A stretch of DNA of 64,000 nucleotides from Thermodesulfobacteriota bacterium (GTDB taxonomy: Bacteria; Desulfobacterota_D; UBA1144; Nemesobacterales; UBA2774): positions 1,696,001-1,760,000 of the forward strand of contig OY729416.1 in NCBI GenBank assembly GCA_963422265.1, given 5' to 3'. The position numbers and the translations under genes were made by a program. Shown here piece by piece: positions 49,287-59,355 of the stretch. The notes under the pieces were generated by a model, which saw only the letters and a program-made list of their open reading frames with translations, had not been told where the DNA came from and did no database searches. Position 1 is the stretch's first letter. Every line of letters starts with the position of its first letter.

Positions 49287-51208
49287 AAAGAAAAAGAAGC
49301 TCAAACAGGGTGCTTACGGGTGAGAATGCTACTCCACCAAAATGGAGGTCGCTATTTATTGCAAGTTTCGTCCTACTGTTTTTCGCCGTTATTTCTTATA
49401 GAGCGCTTGACCTACAGGCGTTTAACAGGGATAGGGCGTTTGACGTTGGGAAGAGACAACACAACGGTGCTGTGACGCTTCCTGCACAAAGGGGTAGGAT
49501 ACTTGATAGGGACAAAAAGGAGCTTGCAGTGAGCGTTGACGTTAAATCCATTTACGCTCACCCGTCCGATGTGAGAGAGCCTGAGAAGGTCGCCCAGATA
49601 CTTTCAAAGAAGTTGAACGTATCACCCAAAAGGGTTCTTAACAGGGTTTCATCTAATAAGTCTTTCGTGTGGCTAAAGCGGCTCGCTGATCCTAAGGTTA
49701 TCGCCTCGCTCCAGAGCCTAAACCTAGAGGGGATAGGCTACCTGCAAGAGTCCAAGAGGGTATATCCGAATGGTCACCTTCTGGGGCAGGTGATAGGTTT
49801 TACCAATATAGATTCAAGGGGAATAGAGGGCATAGAGCATCTCTATGATAATTTTTTGACGGGCACTCCTCAGAAAATTACGCTTGTGAGAGACGCCAAG
49901 GGACGTGGCATAATGAGCGTTTCTGATAAAGCGTGGGAATTTGACAGGCGAAAGACCTCAGGAGCTGATGTCGTCCTTACCATTGATTCGCGCATACAAC
50001 ACATTGTAGAGAGGGAGTTGGAAAAGGGCGTTGAAGAAATGGCCGCCGAGAAGGGCATGGCGCTCTTGCTTAATCCCGAGACGGGAGAGGTCCTCGCTAT
50101 GGCGTCTTACCCATTCTTAGACCCCAACGATTTTATCGGACATCCTAAGGAGACCATGAGGAGCCTTCCAATATGGTATGCCTATGAGCCAGGATCGACA
50201 ATAAAGGTGTTTCTCGCTGCCGCCGCCCTTGAAGAAGGAAAGGTGAATTTAAATTCCGTTTTTGATTGCGAGAATGGAAGGAGAGTTATAGGCTCGGAGG
50301 TTATAAAAGATACGTCGTTGCATAATAATCTTACAGTTGCTGAAATCATAGAAGTCTCAAGCAATGTATGTGCTTCAAAGATCGGCGAGTTATTGGGCAA
50401 GGAGAAATACTACTATTATCTTGACAAGTTTGGTTTTGGAGAAAAGACGGGCATTGATCTGCCCGGGGAATCTAAGGGTATATTCACAAGCATGAACAAA
50501 TGGGGCGATATAGAGCTCGCTACCATATCATTCGGGCAGGGGATATCGGTTACCACCATTCAAATGGCTTCAGCTCTCTCCGCAATCGCTAACGGCGGGG
50601 ATCTTATGAAGCCTTATATAGTCAAGCGTATCGCTAGCGCTGATGGAGAAGTTTTGCAGGAGAACAAGCCTCGGATGATTAGCCGCATTATGTCTTATGA
50701 TACGGCGCGCGAGGTGACTGATATAATGAAGCGGGTAGTTGAGAATGGCACTGGGCAAAAGGCTGCTATCCCGGGCATTGCGGTTGCGGGAAAAACAGGA
50801 ACGGCTCAAATACCTGACCTGAGCAATGGGGGCTATCACTCCGGCAGTTATATTGCTTCTTTTATTGGTTTTGCCCCAGCGGACGCCCCACGCATGGCTC
50901 TTATAGTCGTTGTGAAGTCGCCCAAGAAAAAACTGCACGGGGGTGCAGTAGCAGCTCCTATTTTCCGAAGTATTGCTGAGAAGTCGTTGTTTGTTCTCGG
51001 CGTCACTCCAAGCCAAGAGACACTCAGCGTAAAAGCGATGCCCGACCTAAGAGGCATGGATGCGCGAGAGATACTAAAGTGGTCTGAAAAAGAAGGCGTG
51101 AGGGTCAAGGTGAAGGGCAACGGTTACGTAAAAAACCAGATGCCCCTACCGGGAGAACCAATCAAACGAGGGATGATATGCTCTGTAGAGATGGATCGCA
51201 AAACATGA
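49283..51208 (+). CDS. ftsI: Peptidoglycan transpeptidase FtsI with PASTA domain
   Basis: RGRILDR, EPGSTIK, SSN, KTGTAQ, C-terminal PASTA. Confidence 0.95.
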   Translation: MKRKRSSNRVLTGENATPPKWRSLFIASFVLLFFAVISYRALDLQAFNRDRAFDVGKRQHNGAVTLPAQRGRILDRDKKELAVSVDVKSIYAHPSDVREPEKVAQILSKKLNVSPKRVLNRVSSNKSFVWLKRLADPKVIASLQSLNLEGIGYLQESKRVYPNGHLLGQVIGFTNIDSRGIEGIEHLYDNFLTGTPQKITLVRDAKGRGIMSVSDKAWEFDRRKTSGADVVLTIDSRIQHIVERELEKGVEEMAAEKGMALLLNPETGEVLAMASYPFLDPNDFIGHPKETMRSLPIWYAYEPGSTIKVFLAAAALEEGKVNLNSVFDCENGRRVIGSEVIKDTSLHNNLTVAEIIEVSSNVCASKIGELLGKEKYYYYLDKFGFGEKTGIDLPGESKGIFTSMNKWGDIELATISFGQGISVTTIQMASALSAIANGGDLMKPYIVKRIASADGEVLQENKPRMISRIMSYDTAREVTDIMKRVVENGTGQKAAIPGIAVAGKTGTAQIPDLSNGGYHSGSYIASFIGFAPADAPRMALIVVVKSPKKKLHGGAVAAPIFRSIAEKSLFVLGVTPSQETLSVKAMPDLRGMDAREILKWSEKEGVRVKVKGNGYVKNQMPLPGEPIKRGMICSVEMDRKT

Positions 51209-52695
51209 TATTGAAAGACGTTATTAAATCCCTAGACGTAAAGAGCTTTGTGGGTGATGACAAATCGGATATTCTGGGCGTATCCTTTAATTCTAGCAAG
51301 GTTCGCAAAGGGTTTCTCTTCGTAGCCTTAAGTGGGGAAAAAACCGATGGGCATAAATACATAGCGGACGCCCTACGCAGGGGAGCAAAGGCCGTTCTCG
51401 TTGAGAAAAAGCCTCAGGACGCCCTAAGTGGCGTTTCCGTAATAGAGGTCCAAGATTCAAGGTCGTCCCTTGCCCGCGTTGCGGCGAATTTTTTTTCGCA
51501 TCCTACCAAAGACTTAGTACTCGTGGGGATCACGGGGACGAATGGAAAGACGACCATTACTTACCTTCTCGAATCAATCTGGGAAAAGGAAAACAGGCGT
51601 CCTGGCGTCATCGGTACCGTTAATTACAGATACCGAGGTAGGGTTGTCCCATCTGGCATGACCACGCCGGAGTCTTTGGATCTTATGGAGATGATTAGAG
51701 AAATGAAGGATTCAGGGGTTAAAAGCATAGCAATGGAGGTGTCCTCACATGCGTTGGAGAAAAAGAGGGCGCTTGAGTGCCATTTTGACGCTGCGGTATT
51801 TACGAATCTAACGCGCGATCACCTAGACTACCATAAAACGATGGATAGTTATCTTGACGCAAAGAAAAAGCTATTCACCGAGCTCCTTGCTAGCAGTGAA
51901 AAGGAGCTTAAGTATTCAATCGTCAACGTAGATGATCCTTACGGCACAAGAATTATAACAGAAGCACCCAAAGAGATTATAACGTATTCGGTTAACAACA
52001 AAGACGCTCCTATACACGCTAGGCGGAGCGAAGTTACGCGAAGTGGCATCTGGGCGGTGGTGCAGACGCCATCGGGCGAGCTTGAAATCAGCTCAAAGCT
52101 CTTTGGAGAGCATAATCTCTCGAATATACTGGCGTCGGTAGCCGTCGCGGTTTCCCTAGGCTCCTCGCCTCGCTCCATAGAAGAGGCTTTATATAGGCTA
52201 GATTCAATCCCTGGCAGGCTCGAATCCATAGAAAACCCCCTCGGTATTTGTGTGCTGGTTGATTATGCTCATACGCCGGATGCTTTGAAGAACGCCTTGC
52301 TGGCAGCCAGAGCCCTTACGGAGGGAAATCTAATACTCGTGTTTGGGTGCGGTGGTAATAGGGATAGGGCGAAAAGGGCGCAAATGGGAACGATAGGACA
52401 GATTCACTCGGACATATTAATCGTCACCTCAGACAATCCACGAACGGAATCCTCCGAGCTTATTATCGACGATATAGAGGCTGGCATTGCGGATGCTAAG
52501 AAAGTCGATGGTTCATACTACAGAATAACGGATAGAAGAGAGGCTATTACACATGCTATTCAGATTGTCTCCGCAGGTGATACGGTGCTTATTGCGGGTA
52601 AAGGACACGAAGACTATCAGATAGTAGGCAAGGTTAAACATCATTTTGACGATAGAGAAGTAGCAAGGGAGACAATAAGGAATATGATGAGTTGA
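51205..52695 (+). CDS. murE: UDP-MurNAc-tripeptide synthetase
   Basis: TGTNGKTT, MEVSSH, DHLDYH, DYAHTPD, DNPR, GKGHE. Confidence 0.96.
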   Translation: MILKDVIKSLDVKSFVGDDKSDILGVSFNSSKVRKGFLFVALSGEKTDGHKYIADALRRGAKAVLVEKKPQDALSGVSVIEVQDSRSSLARVAANFFSHPTKDLVLVGITGTNGKTTITYLLESIWEKENRRPGVIGTVNYRYRGRVVPSGMTTPESLDLMEMIREMKDSGVKSIAMEVSSHALEKKRALECHFDAAVFTNLTRDHLDYHKTMDSYLDAKKKLFTELLASSEKELKYSIVNVDDPYGTRIITEAPKEIITYSVNNKDAPIHARRSEVTRSGIWAVVQTPSGELEISSKLFGEHNLSNILASVAVAVSLGSSPRSIEEALYRLDSIPGRLESIENPLGICVLVDYAHTPDALKNALLAARALTEGNLILVFGCGGNRDRAKRAQMGTIGQIHSDILIVTSDNPRTESSELIIDDIEAGIADAKKVDGSYYRITDRREAITHAIQIVSAGDTVLIAGKGHEDYQIVGKVKHHFDDREVARETIRNMMS

Positions 52696-53014
52696 GGGAT
52701 GTGGGGGCGGGTGTATAAGGAAGGGATATTTGTCCCTCGACCCCATTTCTAGATTCCCAATCAAGTTGGGAATGACGGGGAGTGTTGGGGTGCCCTAAGA
52801 GGTGAGTGTGATGGGTGGGATGATGAAGCCATGATTAAAAGAACAAATCCCCCTTTATCTAAAGGGGGAGAAGTAGATATTTCCCTCCTTTTGTAAAGGA
52901 GGTTAGGGTGGATTTTCTTTTTGTTTGTAGGGTTATCCCTGCGAAAGATGGAAGGGATGAAGATGAAGAAGGGATGAAATGGTAGGACAGCCAAAAGAAA
53001 GGCGCAAAGCTATT

Positions 53015-54442
53015 ATGGACGTTGATTTTATTCTCAAATCTACGGGTGGGAGGCTTTTGGGCTTACCGAAGGCAAACTCACCAGCCAGCTCAAGACAACG
53101 ACTTGGGAACGCCGAGTTCACGGGAGTATCCACCGATTCAAGAACAATTAAGAGGGGCGAGGCATTCGTTGCGCTTAGAGGGGATAACTTTGACGGTCAT
53201 AAATTCGTTGATAAGGTGTTTGAAAGGGGAGCGTCAGCAGCGGTCATAGAAGACGCATCACACGTTCGGAGTCGGGACAAGGCGTTAATACAGGTTGATT
53301 CCACCCTCAAGGCGCTGGGAGACATGGCTTTAGCGTGGAGAAGGAGATTCTCTAACCTAAGGCTTGCGGCTATTACGGGGTCAAATGGCAAGACTACAAC
53401 GAAGGAAATGGCATGGAGTATGGTTTCGCTAAAACACGATAGTCTCAGAAACAGAGATAATTTGAACAACTTAATAGGTCTTCCTTTAACCCTTTTTAGA
53501 TTGAACGAGGGCTACGAATCAGCGGTTGTAGAGCTTGGAATGAGTGACTTTGGAGAGATTAGTAGGTTGTCTCAGATTGCGCGTCCGGACATTGGGACGA
53601 TTACTAACATAGGTAGGGCGCACCTTGAAAAACTTGGAGGGATAGAGGGAGTGGCGAAGGCGAAGGGAGAGCTGATAGAAGGGTTTGACGAGAGCTGCAC
53701 CCTTGTTGTTAACGCCGATGATCTGAGGGTTATGAACATCGCCAATAGTGCTCGGTGCCAGAAGATTTTCTTTGGCATTGAATCCAAAGCGGCGTCTCGT
53801 GGCTTAGAGCGCGGGGAGAGGTGGATTACAGCAAAAAACATACAGCCTGAAGGTTTATCTGGCGTCAATTTTGTTATGAGCTTCAAGGGACAAGAGGTTC
53901 CTTTGCGTTTAAGAGCTATTGGCGTTCATAACGTAATGAATGCCCTTTGCGCCGCAGGGCTCGCTCTTGCCCTGGGATGTGGAGCGGATGATGTTAGCGC
54001 TGGTATTGAGAGGTTTTCTCCTAAGCTTATGAGGCTCGAGGTAATGACCTCTCCTCAGGGTTTTAAGTTGATAAACGACTCCTACAATGCTAATCCAGAC
54101 TCAATGCGGTGTGCGATAGACGAGCTTTTAAGGTTAAAGGGTGATGGTAGAACTATTGCCGTTTTGGGAGATATGCTGGAGCTAGGCGTGACGAGCGAGA
54201 GTGAGCATAGGGCGATTGGCGAATACATGTCGTCTTCTGGGGTAGATTTGTTAATTGCTTACGGTGAGTTCGCGGACGCGGTTATAGGAGGGTTGAACAA
54301 CGGTGCTAATGGCTTTCGCGCCCAGACTCGTGAAGAGGCGCGTGAGATGCTAATAAGCCAAGCCGTTCCGGACGACCTCGTTTTGGTTAAGGGCTCGCGC
54401 GGCATGAGGATGGAAGAGGTGATTAAAGGATTATTTAATTAG
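53015..54442 (+). CDS. murF: UDP-MurNAc-pentapeptide synthetase
   Basis: STDSR, TGSNGKTTTKE, NNLIGLP, NDSYNANP, LGDMLELG, KGSRG. Confidence 0.96.
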   Translation: MDVDFILKSTGGRLLGLPKANSPASSRQRLGNAEFTGVSTDSRTIKRGEAFVALRGDNFDGHKFVDKVFERGASAAVIEDASHVRSRDKALIQVDSTLKALGDMALAWRRRFSNLRLAAITGSNGKTTTKEMAWSMVSLKHDSLRNRDNLNNLIGLPLTLFRLNEGYESAVVELGMSDFGEISRLSQIARPDIGTITNIGRAHLEKLGGIEGVAKAKGELIEGFDESCTLVVNADDLRVMNIANSARCQKIFFGIESKAASRGLERGERWITAKNIQPEGLSGVNFVMSFKGQEVPLRLRAIGVHNVMNALCAAGLALALGCGADDVSAGIERFSPKLMRLEVMTSPQGFKLINDSYNANPDSMRCAIDELLRLKGDGRTIAVLGDMLELGVTSESEHRAIGEYMSSSGVDLLIAYGEFADAVIGGLNNGANGFRAQTREEAREMLISQAVPDDLVLVKGSRGMRMEEVIKGLFN

Positions 54443-54457
54443 GGAGCCCGGCTGAGC

Positions 54458-55567
54458 ATGTTATATCTTCTCTATTCATTTGGAGGAGAGTTTGTTCTCT
54501 TAAACGTTTTTAAGTACATAACGTTCCGCTCGTTTGGAGCGGGAGTTACAGCTTTTTTGATCAGTCTTATATTTGGCTCGTGGCTTATTAGGTTTCTCAC
54601 CGACAGGCAACTAGGCGAGAACGTCAGAGAAGACGGCCCCACAGACCACCAGTCCAAAGCTGGAACGCCCACTATGGGCGGGGCATTTATAGTTATCGCC
54701 GCAGCCATATCATCGCTCCTGTGGGTGAATCTGTCAAGTTCCGTCTTTTGGATTGTCTTTTTGCTTACCATTAGCTATGGGGCTATAGGTTTTGCGGATG
54801 ATTGGCTTAAATTCTCTAAGGGCAAGGGCATGAGGGCGAGGACTAAGTTCTCGCTTCAGCTATTATTCGGGGCGTTCTTCATCCTGCTTTTGCTTGCCGA
54901 CATAGGCAAGTTTCAGATGGCATTGGGTGCTGCTCAGACTGTGGACTACTCCTTTACTTCTATTATATTTCCGTTCTTTAAGAGGGCGGTCGTTGATCTC
55001 GGATGGTTTTACTTGCCCTTTGCCCTAATAGTGCTTGCCGGGACGTCTAACAGCGTCAATTTGACCGATGGTCTCGATGGACTTGCAATAGGGTCTATAT
55101 GCGTGGCGACTGCTACATACATAATATTCGCTTATTTGTCGGGGCACGTTGTGTTCTCAAGCTATCTTCAGATACCGCATATTGCCGAAAGTGGGGAGCT
55201 TGCGGTTTTTCTCGCTTCCATTGGTGGAGCGTGCCTTGGTTTTCTCTGGTACAACTCGCATCCGGCTCAGGTTTTTATGGGTGACGTAGGCTCGCTCGCC
55301 CTCGGAGCCGCAATTGGCGCGGTAGCGTTAGTGATAAAGCAGGAGATACTACTTATAATAGTGGGTGGGCTATTTGTGGCGGAGGTTATGTCCGTAGTAA
55401 TTCAGGTCGCCTCGTTTAAGCTGACTGGCAAGAGGGTGTTTAGGATGGCGCCGCTCCACCATCACTTTGAGCTTAGCGGTTGGTCCGAACCCAAAATCGT
55501 TATTAGGTTCTGGATCATATCTTTGACGTTTGCCCTTTTGGCTTTATCTACTCTTAAGCTGAGGTGA
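54458..55567 (+). CDS. mraY: Phospho-MurNAc-pentapeptide transferase
   Basis: KAGTPTMGG, NLTDGLDGL, FMGDVGS, MAPLHHHFE. Confidence 0.97.
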   Translation: MLYLLYSFGGEFVLLNVFKYITFRSFGAGVTAFLISLIFGSWLIRFLTDRQLGENVREDGPTDHQSKAGTPTMGGAFIVIAAAISSLLWVNLSSSVFWIVFLLTISYGAIGFADDWLKFSKGKGMRARTKFSLQLLFGAFFILLLLADIGKFQMALGAAQTVDYSFTSIIFPFFKRAVVDLGWFYLPFALIVLAGTSNSVNLTDGLDGLAIGSICVATATYIIFAYLSGHVVFSSYLQIPHIAESGELAVFLASIGGACLGFLWYNSHPAQVFMGDVGSLALGAAIGAVALVIKQEILLIIVGGLFVAEVMSVVIQVASFKLTGKRVFRMAPLHHHFELSGWSEPKIVIRFWIISLTFALLALSTLKLR

Positions 55568-55574
55568 GATTTTA

Positions 55575-56470
55575 CGCGTAGGGGCGAGAGTAATGTTTGA
55601 GGAATGACGGATATAGTAGAGGATGTGTGGGAATCGCCATTCCTGCAAAAGCAGGAATCCAGAGGGTATGCAATGTCTGAACTGTGATTTTTAGGATTAA
55701 ATGACGGGCTATGATTAAAAGGATAAAGGACAAGTCCTCCTTATCCCCCCTTCTACAGGCTCAGGGTGGCGCTTTTTTTCTAAAGGGGGAGAAGGAGAAA
55801 TTCCCCTCCTTTTGTAAAGGAGGGAAAGGGTGGATTTACTTGTTTGTTTTTAGGGGCGACTCTTGTAGTCGCCCAAAGGCGTGAAGGCAAGAGTAAACAC
55901 AAGGGTTACCTCTACGAAATGATGGAGAGGGTGGGAATGACGAGGGTATGTGGGAGTATAAGGGATGATTGATCTTCCCCGACGCCTATCAAATCCCCCT
56001 GTATCCCCCTTTTCTAAAGGGGGAGAAGGAGAAATTCCCCTCCTTTTGTAAAGGAGGGATAGGGTGGATTTACTTGTTTGTAGGGGCGACTCTTGTAGTC
56101 GCCCGAAGGCGTGAAGGCAAGAGTAAACACAAGGGTTACCTCTACGAAATGATGGAGAGGGTGGGAATGACGAGGGTATGTGGGAGTATAAGGGATGATT
56201 GATCTTCCCTGATGTTCTATCAAATCCCCCTATATCCCCCTTTTCTAAAGGGGGAATGTATGAGTAAGGGTTCACGTTTACCATACTCCCTGGCTGGTGG
56301 GTCTGCCGGACCATTTCTGGATTCCCGATAGAATTGGGAATAACTGGGGGTGTGGTGTAGAGGTGACCCTAGCGACGTTCTGCGGTGCGCCGAGCCTGCC
56401 GAGTGGAACTTGTTGAAGGATGGTCGCCCGAATAATGAGGCCCGAATAATGAGGAAGGAATAATGAGGAA
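55575..56470. repeat. REP mosaic inside the dcw cluster, with a ~240-bp tandem duplication
   Basis: ~55775-56015 matches ~56015-56255; GTAGGGGCGACTCTTGTAGTCGCCC hairpins. Confidence 0.9.
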
Positions 56471-56476
56471 GGAAAT

Positions 56477-57838
56477 ATGAATCTAAAGGGAAAGAAGACA
56501 CTAGTCGTGGGGCTTGGAATAACCGGGATGGCGACGATTGACTTTCTGCTTAGCAAGGGTGCTTACGTGAGGGCAAGCGACTCTTCCTCAAGCGATGAAA
56601 TGGCTGAGCTGTTGAGGGGTAAGGGGGTTGAGATTGAGCTGGGCGGGCATACGGAGGGATTTTTTCTCTGGGCTGATGTCATAATCCTGAGTCCCGGCGT
56701 CCCATTTAGCCTCGCGGTGGTCAAAGAAGCGCTGAGAAACGGCAAGGAGGTGATAAGCGAGGTAGAGTTAGCCTCAAGGTTCATTACGCGTCGAGCCAAG
56801 ATGGTTCGTAAATCATCATCATCATCCCCTGTCCACCTTATCGCCGTTACGGGGTCGAATGGAAAGACTACTACTTCCACTCTTATCGCTCAGATACTGG
56901 AAAGGAGCGGCTGGAAGGTGTTTCTGGGCGGGAATATAGGTTCGCCCATGATCAGCATAGTGGATGACTACGAGCGCTACGATGCGCTAGTGATAGAGCT
57001 AAGCAGCTTTCAGCTTCAGGGCGTAAAGACCTTTTGTCCCGACGTTGCGGTAATCTTAAACGTCTCGCCTAACCACTTGGATCATCATAAGGACTTTGAT
57101 GAGTACGTTCAATCTAAAATGAACATTTGCGCTAATCAGAACGAAGCCGACTGGTTGGTTTACAACGGAGAGGATAAGATCGTAAAAGGCTGTTTGCAGG
57201 GGGTCAAGTCGCGCAAGATTCCTTTTGGGGTCTCGGATGGGGAAGACGGGGCTTGCCCGGACGGAACCGCCGTTAGATTCTGGGGTGAATTCTACGAGCT
57301 TAAAGATATGAGGCTCTTGGGAAGCCACAATATGGAGAACTCAATGGCGGCCATAGCCGTAGCCGCAGTTTTAGGATGCGATCCTGACGTCGTGCGGGAT
57401 ACGATTGTAGGATTCGAGCCACTTCCCCACAGGAGCGAATACGTAAGGGATTACAATGGCGCTAAATTCTATAACGACTCTAAGTCAACAAGCCCCGGTG
57501 CTACGCTTAGGGCGCTAGAGAGCTTCGATAGCCAAATAGTACTTATAGCTGGTGGAAAGGACAAGGGTGTCAGCTTTGGTTCTCTGAAGTATATTGTCAA
57601 AGAAAGAGTAAAGCTCCTGATCCTAATTGGAGAGTCTAGGCTTAGGATGCGAGAAGAGATGGGTGAGGCCGCCGAGACCGTATTAGCTGACACGTTAGAG
57701 GAAGCCATTGATAAATCCCTTAAGAGGGTGATTATGGGTGATACGGTTTTATTCTCGCCCGCGTGCTCAAGCTTCGATATGTTCAACTCTTACGAGGAAA
57801 GAGGGAATAGGTATAAGGAAATTGTTGCGAATCTTTAA
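56477..57838 (+). CDS. murD: UDP-MurNAc-L-Ala:D-Glu ligase
   Basis: SPGVP, TGSNGKTTT, GGNIG, ELSSFQL, NHLDHH, NDSKST, SPACSSFD. Confidence 0.96.
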   Translation: MNLKGKKTLVVGLGITGMATIDFLLSKGAYVRASDSSSSDEMAELLRGKGVEIELGGHTEGFFLWADVIILSPGVPFSLAVVKEALRNGKEVISEVELASRFITRRAKMVRKSSSSSPVHLIAVTGSNGKTTTSTLIAQILERSGWKVFLGGNIGSPMISIVDDYERYDALVIELSSFQLQGVKTFCPDVAVILNVSPNHLDHHKDFDEYVQSKMNICANQNEADWLVYNGEDKIVKGCLQGVKSRKIPFGVSDGEDGACPDGTAVRFWGEFYELKDMRLLGSHNMENSMAAIAVAAVLGCDPDVVRDTIVGFEPLPHRSEYVRDYNGAKFYNDSKSTSPGATLRALESFDSQIVLIAGGKDKGVSFGSLKYIVKERVKLLILIGESRLRMREEMGEAAETVLADTLEEAIDKSLKRVIMGDTVLFSPACSSFDMFNSYEERGNRYKEIVANL

Positions 57839-58934
57839 CTCTGGTGAAGAGAACAAATTAGATATAATCATTTTGCTGTCTGTTCTGTTTCTAGCGGCGA
57901 CGGGAGTGCTGATGGTTTACAGCGCAAGCTCGGTCTATTCCCTCGAGCATCACAGCACGACTAACTACTATCTGATACGTCACTCCATATACCTTGCAAT
58001 AGGGCTCGCCTTTATGCTGTTTCTGATGCGAGTGGACTATAGTGCATTAGGGAGGCTGGTCTATCCCGCTTATCTGTTGGGCTTGCTGATGCTTATAATC
58101 GTTCTCGTGCCAGGGATAGGAAAAGAAGTCAACGGAGCGAGAAGATGGATAGACCTTGGTTTCATAACCTTTCAGCCCTCGGAGATGGCAAAGTATGTTT
58201 TAATCCTTTACCTTGCTCACTCGCTCACTAAGAAAAAGGATAAGATCAATAATTTCGTTATGGGCTTCGCCTCTCATGTTTTAATTGCGGGCGTTTACAT
58301 CGGTTTGATCCTGCTACAGCCTGACTTTGGCTCTGCAGCCGTGCTAACCGTCATTGTTTTCGCAGTGCTTTTCGTTGGACGGGTAAGGCTCAGACACCTT
58401 ATTCTCATAGTAGTAGCATCAGTTGCCCTTATGTGCGTAGCGGTAGTTACCCAGTCATATAGGATGGAACGCATAAGCGCGTTCTTGGATCCTTGGCAGG
58501 ATTCACTCGGCTCTGGCTATCAAGTTGTGCAATCCTTTGTAGCTTTTGGGTCTGGTGGAATTTACGGAGTAGGCTTGGGTGAAAGTGCTCAGAAATTGTT
58601 CTTTTTACCCCATGCTCACACTGATTTTATATTTTCTATTATAGGTGAAGAGCTTGGCTTTATAGGCGTCGCAGTCATTATAACCGTATTTGCAGTTATG
58701 TTTATACAAAGCCTACGCGTATCGCTAAGGGCGCCTGATCTCTTTGGGTGTTATCTCGCGTTTGGATGCGCCCTGCTCATAACGCTTCAGGCGGCTGTGA
58801 ACATGTCGGTTACCGTAGGCATCGTACCCCCAACGGGGATTACGCTTCCTTTTGTCAGCTATGGCGGAACGTCTCTAGTAGCTAGTTTATCCGCAGTGGG
58901 AATGATACTGAGCGTCTCAAAGAGACAGAGATAA
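57822..58934 (+). CDS. ftsW: SEDS protein FtsW
   Basis: MVYSAS, GARRW, QPSEMAK, QPDFG, HTDFIFSIIGEELG, SYGGTS; start approximate. Confidence 0.95.
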   Translation: MLRIFNSGEENKLDIIILLSVLFLAATGVLMVYSASSVYSLEHHSTTNYYLIRHSIYLAIGLAFMLFLMRVDYSALGRLVYPAYLLGLLMLIIVLVPGIGKEVNGARRWIDLGFITFQPSEMAKYVLILYLAHSLTKKKDKINNFVMGFASHVLIAGVYIGLILLQPDFGSAAVLTVIVFAVLFVGRVRLRHLILIVVASVALMCVAVVTQSYRMERISAFLDPWQDSLGSGYQVVQSFVAFGSGGIYGVGLGESAQKLFFLPHAHTDFIFSIIGEELGFIGVAVIITVFAVMFIQSLRVSLRAPDLFGCYLAFGCALLITLQAAVNMSVTVGIVPPTGITLPFVSYGGTSLVASLSAVGMILSVSKRQR

Positions 58935-59345
58935 TAGGGTGGATTTACTTGTTTGTTTGTAGGGGCGACTCTTGTGGTCGCCCGAAGGCGTGAAGGCAAG
59001 AGTAAACACAAGGGTTACCTCTACGAAATGATGGAGAGGGTGGGAATGACGAGGGTATGTGGGAGTATAAGGGATGATTGATCTTCCCCGACGCCTATCA
59101 AATCCCCCTGTATCCCCCTTTTCTAAAGGGGGAATGTGTGAGGAAGGGTTCACGTTTACCATACTCTCTGGCTGGTGGGTCTGCCGGACCATTTCTGGAT
59201 TCCCGATAGAATTGGGAATAACTGGGGGTGTGGTGTAGGGGCGACTCTTGTAGTCGCCCAAAGGCGTGAAGGTAATGGGTAACCACAAGGGTTACCCCTA
59301 TGAAAAAAGGGAGTGGAAATGAAGGGGGGGGGGAAACAACTAGGG
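58935..59345. repeat. REP mosaic between ftsW and murG
   Basis: Near-copy of ~56060-56360. Confidence 0.9.
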
Positions 59346-59355
59346 TCAGAATGAA

